DNA of 32,000 nt from Geobacter sulfurreducens PCA (GTDB taxonomy: Bacteria > Desulfobacterota > Desulfuromonadia > Geobacterales > Geobacteraceae): assembly GCF_000007985.2 (NCBI RefSeq), contig NC_002939.5, forward strand, positions 3,690,001 through 3,722,000, read 5' to 3'. Under the pieces are notes generated by a model. It was not told the origin of the DNA. It ran no database searches and was given only the letters and a program-made list of their open reading frames with translations. Both the position numbers and the translations under genes were made by a program. How positions within the stretch are numbered: the first letter of the stretch is position 1; each line of letters opens with the position of its first letter. Positions 1 to 7,305 of the stretch are shown piece after piece.

Positions 1-115
1 GGACCCTCACCACCCGCGTTCCGATCATGGCCACGATGGTATGATTGTACACCGCCCGGCACTTGGTACAGCGCGCCTCTATGATATCTCCTGCTGAAAT
101 CGGTCTGCCGCTCAT
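1..115 (-). CDS. N-terminal part of a small hypothetical CxxC protein (continues beyond window start)
   Basis: Own translation of the minus strand. ATG at 115..113 gives MSGRPISAGDIIEARCTKCRAVYNHTIVAMIGTRVVRV... GAGGA (complement of 124-128) lies 8 nt upstream. Open to the window edge. Family not recognised. Confidence 0.3.
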   Translation of the reverse strand, partial: MSGRPISAGDIIEARCTKCRAVYNHTIVAMIGTRVVRV

Positions 116-248
116 CGTTGGTATCCTCGTGGCCACTGGCCGTTAGTCCGTTTTGCCGACGCCTGCAAAGGGAGGAGGTTATAGCACTTCGCCCGGATTG
201 AGTCAAGGATGTTCCCCGAACGTGCCGGAGGAGGTATGGACCTGCCCG

Positions 249-277
249 TTGAAATCATGCTATGGTTGAAACATATT
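249..277 (+). promoter_or_regulatory. Candidate sigma-70 promoter for the AAA ATPase/M16 operon
   Basis: TTGAAA (249-254), 17-bp spacer, CATATT (272-277). Pattern match only. Confidence 0.3.
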
Positions 278-299
278 CGCAACGAGGTTGGACAACGCC

Positions 300-1361
300 A
301 TGAATGTCGAACAAATGAAGGCGGTCCTGCGAGAGATCCTCGCCAGGACCGACCTGACGCCGTGCATCGTCGGCCACCGGGGGGTCGGCAAAACCGCCGG
401 CATCATACAGCTCTGCCGGGAGACCGGCCGCCGTTATCAACCTATTCGCCTTGGCCAGATGGAAGTGGGGGACCTGGTGGGCATCCCCTATCGCGAAAAG
501 GACGTCATGTACTGGTCGCGCCCCTGCTGGTGGCCCGACGACGACGCTCCGGACACGGTCATCCACTGCGATGAACTGAACCGGGCCCAGCAGGAGGACA
601 CCCTCCAGGCCATCTTCCAGTTCGTGGAGCCCCCCTCCGAGGGAAACCGCCGTGCGCTCCACACCCACACTCTCCACCCCCGGCACAAGGTTGTGGTAAC
701 TATCAACCCGCCTGACGGCACCTACCAGGTGGCCACCCTCGACCGGGCTCTCATCGACCGGATGGTGATGCTCTACGTGGAGACCGACTACCAGTGCTGG
801 GCGCGCTACGCCGCGGCCAGGGATCTGGACCAGGGAGTGCGCCGGTTCCTGGCGGCCAACACCTCTCTGCTCGCCAGCCAGGGGAGCCCCCTGGAGATGG
901 TCGCCGAGCCCACCGAGCGGGGCTGGGAAATGGTGAGCATCCTGCGCCGGCAGTGCCGTTTTCCCCGGGAACTGGAGATGGAGATCTACGCCGGCATTAT
1001 CGGCAAAGAGGCTGCCATCGCCTTTCTGCGCTGGTGTGCCGACCATGCGGCCCGGCCCGTAACCGCCGGCGAGGTGCTGAATCACTGGGACCACGTGGCT
1101 GAGAAGCTCAGGGCCCAGCGGGACGACCAGCAGGCAGTCACCATGAGCGACATCGTCACCACTCTTGCGGGCAACGGGGCACTGGCGCCAGAACAGGAAG
1201 AAAACCTCGTCCGCTACATCGACATTCTCCCCCGCGACATGCGCTTCGGCCTCGTCAAGTCGTTGCTGCGCATTCCCCCCGTGGCCATGGCCCTCTCCCG
1301 CGACAAGTACGACGGGGTAGTATTAGACGCCATCCAGGCCATCAGCGCCGAGGCCCGATGA
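300..1361 (+). CDS. AAA_5-type (MoxR/McrB/dynein-related) P-loop ATPase with an unrecognised ~170-aa C-terminal domain
   Basis: The ORF 288..1361 opens with TTG and the first ATG is at 300 (MNVEQMK...). Walker A GHRGVGKT, Walker B VIHCDELNRA, LDRALIDRM sensor/Arg region. The stop overlaps the next start (ATGA at 1358-1361). Confidence 0.8.
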   Translation: MNVEQMKAVLREILARTDLTPCIVGHRGVGKTAGIIQLCRETGRRYQPIRLGQMEVGDLVGIPYREKDVMYWSRPCWWPDDDAPDTVIHCDELNRAQQEDTLQAIFQFVEPPSEGNRRALHTHTLHPRHKVVVTINPPDGTYQVATLDRALIDRMVMLYVETDYQCWARYAAARDLDQGVRRFLAANTSLLASQGSPLEMVAEPTERGWEMVSILRRQCRFPRELEMEIYAGIIGKEAAIAFLRWCADHAARPVTAGEVLNHWDHVAEKLRAQRDDQQAVTMSDIVTTLAGNGALAPEQEENLVRYIDILPRDMRFGLVKSLLRIPPVAMALSRDKYDGVVLDAIQAISAEAR

Positions 1362-2677
1362 CAGCAACCGCCCACCGGAAAACTCTCCCCAACGGCCTGC
1401 GTGTGGTGGCGGTGGAAATGCCCCACCTCCACAGTACCGAGATCGCGGTCTACGTACGCGTTGGCGGTCGCGACGACAGCCGCGCCACGGCCGGCCTCGC
1501 TCATTTCCTGGAGCACATGCTCTTTCGGGGCACCGCCGAGCACCCGACCAACCTGGAGCTGGAAGCCGCTTTCGAGGCCATCGGCGGCTGCGTAAATGCC
1601 GCGACCGACGCCGAATCCACCAGCTACTATTCCCGCGTCCACCCCGATCACGTGGCCGAAGGGCTGCGCCTGTTGGCAGCCATGGTCCTCACGCCGACCT
1701 TTCCGGGCATTGATATCGAAAAGCGGATCATCACCGAGGAAGCCCTGGAAGACATCAACGACCACGGCGACGACATCAACCCCGACAACCTCTCCAGCAG
1801 CATGCTCTGGCCCGACCACCCCCTCGGCATGCCGACCATCGGCTACCTCGACACCATCTCGGCTATCACCGAGGCCGACCTGAAGGGTCACATGACCCGC
1901 TACTACGTGCCCACCAACGCAGTGGTCGTAGCCGCCGGACGGGTCAGGGCCGACGACGTATTCGGGGCCGTCGCCGACGCTTTCGGCACCTGGGCGGGAC
2001 CGTCCGCCCCCGGCCGGCTGCCGCCGCCGTCAAACCAGGACGAACCCCGCTGCCTCTTTGTGAAGGACGCAGACAGCCAGGTGGATCTCCAGATAACCTT
2101 TCGCGGATTCTCCCGCCCGGACCCGCAGCTGGCGGCAAGCCGGCTCCTCCGGCGCGTTCTGGCGGGAGGCGGCTGTTCGCGCCTTCACCTGAACCTGCGG
2201 GAACGGCTCGGCATCGTCTACTCCGTGGACGCTCAGGTTGCCGCCTACGATGAGACCGGCTGCTTTTCCATCGAACTGTCCACTGCACCGGAAAATCTGC
2301 TCACTGCCGTGGAGGAAGTCCTTGGGGAGACCCGGAAACTCGCGGCGGAGCCGGTTGGCGCCGAGGAGCTGCGCCGGGTTCGGCAGGGATATTTCTTCGA
2401 CCTTGCCTACAGCGAAGATTCCACCTTTGAAATGCAGGTGCGTTACGGGTGGGGCGAACTAATGGGAATGGTCAAGGGGATCGACGAGGAACGGGCCGAG
2501 GTTGAGGCCGTGGATGAGGGCACCCTGCAGGCCGTCGCACGGCGGCTTTTTGCTCCGGCAGCCCTCAACCTCGTGGCCGTCGGGCCGGTCACCGCGACTG
2601 CAAAGCGGCGGATTGAGCAGTTGCTGCGGCGCTACGCCAAGGAATTTCCTACCTCATCTCAACCACCCGGGCCTTGA
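1358..2677 (+). CDS. M16 (pitrilysin/insulinase) family zinc peptidase, apparently cytoplasmic
   Basis: HFLEHMLFRG (HxxEH inverted zincin motif) near the N-terminus. 439 aa, a typical two-lobed M16 size. GAGG 6 nt upstream. No signal-peptide-like N-terminus (MTATAHRKTLPNGLRVVAVEM). Confidence 0.88.
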   Translation: MTATAHRKTLPNGLRVVAVEMPHLHSTEIAVYVRVGGRDDSRATAGLAHFLEHMLFRGTAEHPTNLELEAAFEAIGGCVNAATDAESTSYYSRVHPDHVAEGLRLLAAMVLTPTFPGIDIEKRIITEEALEDINDHGDDINPDNLSSSMLWPDHPLGMPTIGYLDTISAITEADLKGHMTRYYVPTNAVVVAAGRVRADDVFGAVADAFGTWAGPSAPGRLPPPSNQDEPRCLFVKDADSQVDLQITFRGFSRPDPQLAASRLLRRVLAGGGCSRLHLNLRERLGIVYSVDAQVAAYDETGCFSIELSTAPENLLTAVEEVLGETRKLAAEPVGAEELRRVRQGYFFDLAYSEDSTFEMQVRYGWGELMGMVKGIDEERAEVEAVDEGTLQAVARRLFAPAALNLVAVGPVTATAKRRIEQLLRRYAKEFPTSSQPPGP

Positions 2678-4130
2678 TCCTGCCGACCACGGCGGCAATG
2701 GCCGCCAGCCGGTCGGGGCTTTCCCCCTCAACCAGTTTCACATGCGAGGCATCGGCAGGAACCTGATCAAAAGTGGGGTCAACCTGCTGCCAGGCGCCAT
2801 CCACAAAAACCTCAGCCCAACTGTGATAGAGCAGGCCCTTTCCGTCCAGGGAGACAAGCCCTGATACGAAACGGGCGGGAATGCCCACAGCACGGGCCAG
2901 GGAGACGAAAAGGCGTGCATGCGACTGGCAGTTTCCCGTTCGCGAGGCAAGCGTGTCGAGGGGAGATGGGGCATCAGTGACACTGTCTTTCACGTAGCTG
3001 CTCACCCAGCTCACCAGTTTTACCAGCCGGCCCCGGGCGGAGACATCATCCCCGATAACCCGCCGGGCCGTAGCCACGATCTCGGGATGATCCGCCGGCA
3101 GGAGGTCGGTAGGGGCCAACCAGGGGGCCAGGGCAGCTCCAGCAACCGCAGGTGCGCTATCTCCACCCGCCGTAGCGGACGGCACCACCGGCTCCACCGT
3201 GACCTGCACGCTTCCGTCGCCCAGACGCCGCACGCTCTGCCCTCCCCCATCGGGTAGCGACATCTCCCGGGGGATTCCCTCAAGAGTGATCACGAGGCTC
3301 TTGAGTTCCCGGACCCGCTCAAGGGGAGGATTCAACCGGACAAGACTGAAGTCGAGGATCATGTCACGCCGGGCCAGGGTGGCTTCGGCCAGGAATCGCC
3401 GCCCTGCGTCGCCGGCCTCGGCCACGGTCTCCACCAGGCCGTCACGCACCGACTCGCGGAGGGTGTTCCCATCCCGGTCCACCCAGACTTCATTGTCGAC
3501 CATGGGGTAGAGGTCGTTCACCATGTGGATGGCCTGTATCCCGCCTGCCGCAGTATCCGCCCCCTGCACGGTGATGGCGACGCTTTTCAGGGAAACGCCC
3601 TCCACATCGAGCATGGTTACCTTGTAGCGCTTCCCCGCAACGGCCCCCTTCATGAGCGGATAGAGGTTCAGGGCCGGCGGCGGGTATACTGCCCCCTTGG
3701 TCTTGAGGAGCTTCTCCTTCCGGCTGCCTCCCCGTTCGAGCCGTACCTTCACTCCCGCCGGCGTCGCTTCACCCTCCAGTCGCTGGGGAGTACCGTCAAG
3801 CACCTGCTCCACCCGGAAGGAGCGGAGGGCGAGGTCACGTCCCACCCGATAGACCTCGCGGGAAGCCGCCTCGCGCGAGAAGCCGAGGACAACCATCCTG
3901 ACGCTCCCTTCCACTATCATCTCGTAGCCGTCGTCCACCGAGGTTGTCACCTGCCGGCCGAAACCGGTCCGTTCCCCCCCCAGGAAGATACCGAACCACC
4001 GCTCACCCAGGGGCGGTTTCGCGAGAGGAGGTACGGAAAGCCGGGAATCCCCGGCCCGAGCGATGGACTGAAGAAAAAACGTGACGAGGAAAACGACTAT
4101 GATCCTGACCAGGGTACGGGGCATATGCAT
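2649..4130 (-). CDS. Secreted/periplasmic transglutaminase-like cysteine protease-fold protein
   Basis: The ORF extends to 4325, but a signal-peptide-like start MHMPRTLVRIIVVFLVTFFLQSIARA begins at ATG 4130. C-terminal transglutaminase core: GNCQSHARLF (Cys), LLYHSWAEV (His), QQVDPT (Asp). Confidence 0.8.
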   Translation of the reverse strand: MHMPRTLVRIIVVFLVTFFLQSIARAGDSRLSVPPLAKPPLGERWFGIFLGGERTGFGRQVTTSVDDGYEMIVEGSVRMVVLGFSREAASREVYRVGRDLALRSFRVEQVLDGTPQRLEGEATPAGVKVRLERGGSRKEKLLKTKGAVYPPPALNLYPLMKGAVAGKRYKVTMLDVEGVSLKSVAITVQGADTAAGGIQAIHMVNDLYPMVDNEVWVDRDGNTLRESVRDGLVETVAEAGDAGRRFLAEATLARRDMILDFSLVRLNPPLERVRELKSLVITLEGIPREMSLPDGGGQSVRRLGDGSVQVTVEPVVPSATAGGDSAPAVAGAALAPWLAPTDLLPADHPEIVATARRVIGDDVSARGRLVKLVSWVSSYVKDSVTDAPSPLDTLASRTGNCQSHARLFVSLARAVGIPARFVSGLVSLDGKGLLYHSWAEVFVDGAWQQVDPTFDQVPADASHVKLVEGESPDRLAAIAAVVGRIKARVVEMR

Positions 4131-4206
4131 GGCGTAGTGGGCTCGAAACGGCGGTGAGAACGGCGCGCCGTCAGACTCTCGTCGAACGGCACGCAATGGT
4201 GGATAT

Positions 4207-4419
4207 CTATTCCGTGAAAATCGGCTCCTTGGCCGCTTCAGGGCGCTTCTCGCTCTGGGGTACGGAACAGCGGTTCTCGGGGGCAGGGTTGTCCGGCTCG
4301 CTCCTGTCCAGTTCCTGCCGCACAAGCACGGCGGCGTGATCTAGCAGGCTCTTTCTGCCGCTGTCCGACAGCCGCCGGAATTCGATGATGAGTTTATGCT
4401 CGTCCAGGCTCAGGTCCAT
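4207..4419 (-). CDS. Small hypothetical protein (70 aa), probably co-transcribed with the transglutaminase-like gene
   Basis: Internal ATG at 4419 (MDLSLDEHKLIIEFRRLSDSGRKSLLDHAAVLV...) is preceded by GGAGAACCGAC. The upstream part of ORF 4207..4548 looks non-coding. No family recognised. Confidence 0.45.
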   Translation of the reverse strand: MDLSLDEHKLIIEFRRLSDSGRKSLLDHAAVLVRQELDRSEPDNPAPENRCSVPQSEKRPEAAKEPIFTE

Positions 4420-4468
4420 GGTCGGTTCTCCTTCGGGGATGGGATTCCCCTCCACGGGGGTTGTGGAG

Positions 4469-4497
4469 GTTATACCACAATCGCAGGGGGGTCGCAA
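4469..4497 (-). promoter_or_regulatory. Candidate sigma-70 promoter for the small ORF/transglutaminase operon
   Basis: Minus strand: TTGCGA (4497-4492), 17-bp spacer, extended -10 TGG-TATAAC (4474-4469). Confidence 0.4.
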
Positions 4498-4590
4498 TCG
4501 GGCCGGACCGGTCGGCAAAGGTACGCCGGCCCACAAGAGACTACACATGAAAAGCTCTTCAAATACAGTAAATTATCTTCTCCTATTTAC

Positions 4591-4619
4591 TTGCAGAGGC
4601 TGGATGATCGCGCTATAGT
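4591..4619 (+). promoter_or_regulatory. Candidate sigma-70 promoter driving a short non-coding transcript or leader
   Basis: TTGCAG (4591-4596), exactly 17-bp spacer, TATAGT (4614-4619), in an AT-rich context. Confidence 0.5.
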
Positions 4620-4625
4620 TTACTT

Positions 4626-4704
4626 AGAAAAAGAGTTGCGAGGGTCGAGAGATCCTCATTATGCCCTAGTCGACTTTCCCTCCTAGTCGCTAGGGTGTTT
4701 TTTT
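4626..4704 (+). ncRNA. Predicted ~80-nt sRNA or terminator-containing leader upstream of the sigma-54 activator gene
   Basis: Bounded by the promoter at 4591-4619 and the intrinsic terminator at 4664-4704. The only ORF inside is ATG-CCC-TAG. The terminator loop UUUCCCUCCUA contains an anti-Shine-Dalgarno CCUCCU. Confidence 0.35.
4664..4704 (+). terminator. Rho-independent terminator (plus-strand specific)
   Basis: CCCTAG(T)CGAC pairs with GTCGCTAGGG: 10 bp with one bulged T and an 11-nt loop. It is followed by TG and seven T (4698-4704). On the other strand the run precedes the stem, so it is not bidirectional. Confidence 0.6.
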
Positions 4705-4808
4705 GCCGCCAACCCACTGCGCCACATCTGGCACAGCGTATACTTTATGTGTCACTTATTGCACACCACCCCCTCAATAGTGTATGGTTCACATGTACAG
4801 GAGGCGAC

Positions 4809-7100
4809 ATGGAGCCGATAATTACCGACAAGGAAAAGTGCCGCAAGTGCTACTGCTGCGTCAGGAGCTGCCCGGTCAAGGCAATCAAGGTTGAAAAACG
4901 CTACACCGAAATTATCTTTGACCGCTGCATCGGCTGCGGCAACTGTCTGAGCAATTGCCCCCAACGGGCAAAGATGGTGGCCGACAAAGTGGGTGTTACC
5001 GAGAGTCTTCTCACCTCGGAAGACAAGGTAATCGCCGTGCTCGGATCATCATTTCCAGCCTTTTTTCACAATGTTGCACCGGGCCAGCTTGTGGCCGGCC
5101 TCAAGCGGATCGGCTTCCGTGAAGTCCACGAAGGGGCCTACGGTGCTGAACTGATCGCTGACGATTACGCCCGTATTACCGGCGATAATGACCGGACCTA
5201 CATTTCATCCCACTGCCCGGCCATCGTTGACCTGATCGAGCGACACTACCCGAAACTGCTCAGAAACCTGGTGCCCGTCGTTTCTCCCATGATCGCCATG
5301 GGCCGCTATCTCAAGGAAGTTCTGGGCCCCAAGACCAAGGTGGTCTACATCAGCTCCTGCATTGCCGCAAAGTTCGAAACCCAGATGACCGAAACGCGGG
5401 GAGCCATCGACATTGTTCTCACCTATCGGGAACTGGAGGGCATCTTCCGCAGCCGGCAGATTTCCCTCCCGGCCCTCGATGCGCTTCCCTTCGACGGGCT
5501 TGCGCCCACGGTGGGACGACTTTTCCCCATCAACGAGGGAACCTTCCGGTCGTTCTCCATGTCGGCGGACCCCCTTGACACTGAAATAGTCTCCGCCTGC
5601 GGCGAAGTAAACGTCATGGGCATCATCAGAGACTTGGCTGCAGGCAGGATCGCCCCCCGCTTTGCCGATCTGCGCTTCTGCTATGACGGGTGCATCGGCG
5701 GTCCCGGCCGCAATAGCGAACTGACCGAATTCTACCGCCGCAACCTGATCATTAACCATTACAAGCAGGACATCCCCTACGAGACGGCTCCGCACTATCT
5801 CTCCTCCCGTGAGCAGACCGGCCTGGACCGCTCTTTTGCCAGCAAGCACGCGCGCCTCGAGTCGCCAAAAACAAATGATATCAAGAAAATACTGCAAGCC
5901 ACCAGCAAGTACTCGGTCAAGGACGAACTCAATTGCCGCGCCTGCGGCTATCGCACCTGCCGCGAGTATGCCGTGGCGGTCTACCAGGGCTTGGCCGAGA
6001 TCGAGATGTGCCTTCCCTACAACCTCCAGCAACTGGAAGAGGATCGTGGTCGCCTGATCCAGAAGTACGAGCTCGCCCGTCGAGAACTCGACCGCGAGTA
6101 TACTGACGAGTTCATCGTCGGCAACGACCGCAAGACCTTGGAAGTACTTGATCTCATCAAGCAAGTGGGGCCGACGCCGACGACGGTTCTGATCCGGGGC
6201 GAGTCGGGAACCGGCAAGGAACTCACCGCCCGAGCCATTCATCGCTTCAGCAAGCGCAACGATAAGCCCCTGGTGACCGTGAACTGCACCACTATCACCG
6301 ACTCCCTTCTGGAGAGCGAACTCTTCGGACACAAGCGGGGGGCCTTCACCGGTGCCATCGCCGAGAAAAAGGGGCTGTTCGAGGCCGCCGACGGCGGCAC
6401 CATTTTCCTGGATGAAATCGGCGATATCACGCCGAAATTGCAGGCAGAGCTCCTGCGTGTCCTCGACATGGGCGAGGTGCGTCCCGTTGGGGGTACGACC
6501 GCCCGCAAGGTCGACGTACGCCTCATTGCCGCAACCAACCGGAACCTCGAAGAAGGAGTACGGGAGGGCTGGTTCCGCGAGGATCTGTATTATCGCCTCA
6601 ACGTTTTCACCATTACCATGCCGCCTCTGCGCAACCGGGTGGAGTCGATTCCGATCCTGGCGCACCACTTCATGGAAAAAGCCAGCACCAAACTGAACAA
6701 ACGGCTCTCAGCCATCGAAGAGCGGGCCGTCATCGCCCTCACCAAGTACCCTTGGCCCGGCAATATCCGCGAGATGCAGAACGTCATCGAACGGGCTGCG
6801 GTTCTTGCCCACGACGATGTTATCCACCTGGAGAACCTCCCCCTGGCCCTTTCGGAAAATCTGGCAGGAAGCCCGACCGCCGACCTGGATATCCGGGCTT
6901 CCTTCCGCGCGGAGCGCGAAAGGCATGTGGTCAAGCTCGAGAAGAAGCTGATCCAGCGCTATCTGGCCGAGGCAAACGGCAATGTGAGCCGTGCCGCGCG
7001 GCTCGCCAACATTCCCCGCCGAACCTTTTACCGCCTGCTCGACAAGTATCGCCTCAAAGACAAAGAGGTGCGGGATATGCCGCAGGGGGACAGACAATAG
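4809..7100 (+). CDS. Sigma-54-dependent transcriptional activator (EBP) with an N-terminal 2x[4Fe-4S] ferredoxin and [FeFe]-hydrogenase-like sensory domain
   Basis: ATG 4809 is preceded by AGGAGG (4799-4804). Two CxxCxxCxxxCP motifs lie at 4839-4961. H-cluster-like motifs: SSHCP (5205-5219), SSCIAAKFE (5352-5378), CYDGCIGGPG (5679-5708). Cx2Cx4Cx16C at 5934-6011. AAA+ module: GESGTGKE, ESELFGH, GAFTGA (6369-6386). C-terminal Fis-type HTH (NVSRAARLANIPRRTFYRLL). Confidence 0.92.
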   Translation: MEPIITDKEKCRKCYCCVRSCPVKAIKVEKRYTEIIFDRCIGCGNCLSNCPQRAKMVADKVGVTESLLTSEDKVIAVLGSSFPAFFHNVAPGQLVAGLKRIGFREVHEGAYGAELIADDYARITGDNDRTYISSHCPAIVDLIERHYPKLLRNLVPVVSPMIAMGRYLKEVLGPKTKVVYISSCIAAKFETQMTETRGAIDIVLTYRELEGIFRSRQISLPALDALPFDGLAPTVGRLFPINEGTFRSFSMSADPLDTEIVSACGEVNVMGIIRDLAAGRIAPRFADLRFCYDGCIGGPGRNSELTEFYRRNLIINHYKQDIPYETAPHYLSSREQTGLDRSFASKHARLESPKTNDIKKILQATSKYSVKDELNCRACGYRTCREYAVAVYQGLAEIEMCLPYNLQQLEEDRGRLIQKYELARRELDREYTDEFIVGNDRKTLEVLDLIKQVGPTPTTVLIRGESGTGKELTARAIHRFSKRNDKPLVTVNCTTITDSLLESELFGHKRGAFTGAIAEKKGLFEAADGGTIFLDEIGDITPKLQAELLRVLDMGEVRPVGGTTARKVDVRLIAATNRNLEEGVREGWFREDLYYRLNVFTITMPPLRNRVESIPILAHHFMEKASTKLNKRLSAIEERAVIALTKYPWPGNIREMQNVIERAAVLAHDDVIHLENLPLALSENLAGSPTADLDIRASFRAERERHVVKLEKKLIQRYLAEANGNVSRAARLANIPRRTFYRLLDKYRLKDKEVRDMPQGDRQ

Positions 7101-7120
7101 TGTGCACTTTTGGCCAAGCC

Positions 7121-7138
7121 TGTGCCAACCGTGACACA
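7121..7138. promoter_or_regulatory. Candidate upstream activator sequence (EBP binding site)
   Basis: Inverted repeat TGTGCCA-ACCG-TGACACA with arms matching 6/7. A further TGTGCAC half-site lies at 7101-7107. The repeat is centred about 115 bp upstream of the -12 element, with an AT-rich tract (about 7150-7225) in between. Confidence 0.35.
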
Positions 7139-7231
7139 AGGATGTATACGAAGATTTTTATTAGATAATTTTTATATTTAACTTAATAATGATTTCGACA
7201 GGTTATAATTTTTTTCTCCATCCTTCGGATC

Positions 7232-7247
7232 TGGCATGTATATGGCA
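7232..7247 (+). promoter_or_regulatory. Sigma-54 (RpoN) -24/-12 promoter
   Basis: TGGCATGTATATGGCA compared with the consensus TGGCACG-N4-TTGCW. GG at 7233-7234 and GC at 7245-7246 have the canonical spacing. It lies about 60 nt upstream of the small ORF start. Confidence 0.75.
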
Positions 7248-7305
7248 TAGTAACTACGCAAAATCGATATCAACGATGCCAATCAATACACGGAGGATAC
7301 CAGAC

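Noticed and set aside
171-238. Direct repeat GGAGGAGGT at 171-179 and 227-235. The second copy abuts an ATG at 236 and looks like a very strong RBS for a small ORF.
   Set aside because: The ATG-236 frame has no stop until 574. It runs out of frame through the well-supported AAA ATPase gene and gives an Arg/Pro-rich product. It is more likely promoter-region sequence than a gene.
4729-4745. TGGCAC at 4729-4734 upstream of the activator gene looked like a sigma-54 -24 element.
   Set aside because: The position where the -12 GC should lie (12 nt after the GG) reads AC, and no TTGC follows. It is therefore not a -24/-12 promoter.
4695-4808. N-terminal extensions offered by the ORF track: 4695 for the activator, 4325 for the transglutaminase gene, 4548 for the small ORF, 17292 for cls, 17202 for rsmB, 18554 for rpe, 19909 for the GGDEF gene, 27196 for gatB, 29331 for gatC, 9101 for cysS and 10768 for glnS.
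   Set aside because: The extended parts lack a Shine-Dalgarno sequence and run through promoter, terminator or neighbouring coding sequence. Internal starts have clear GGAG-type RBSs and give N-termini typical of the respective families.
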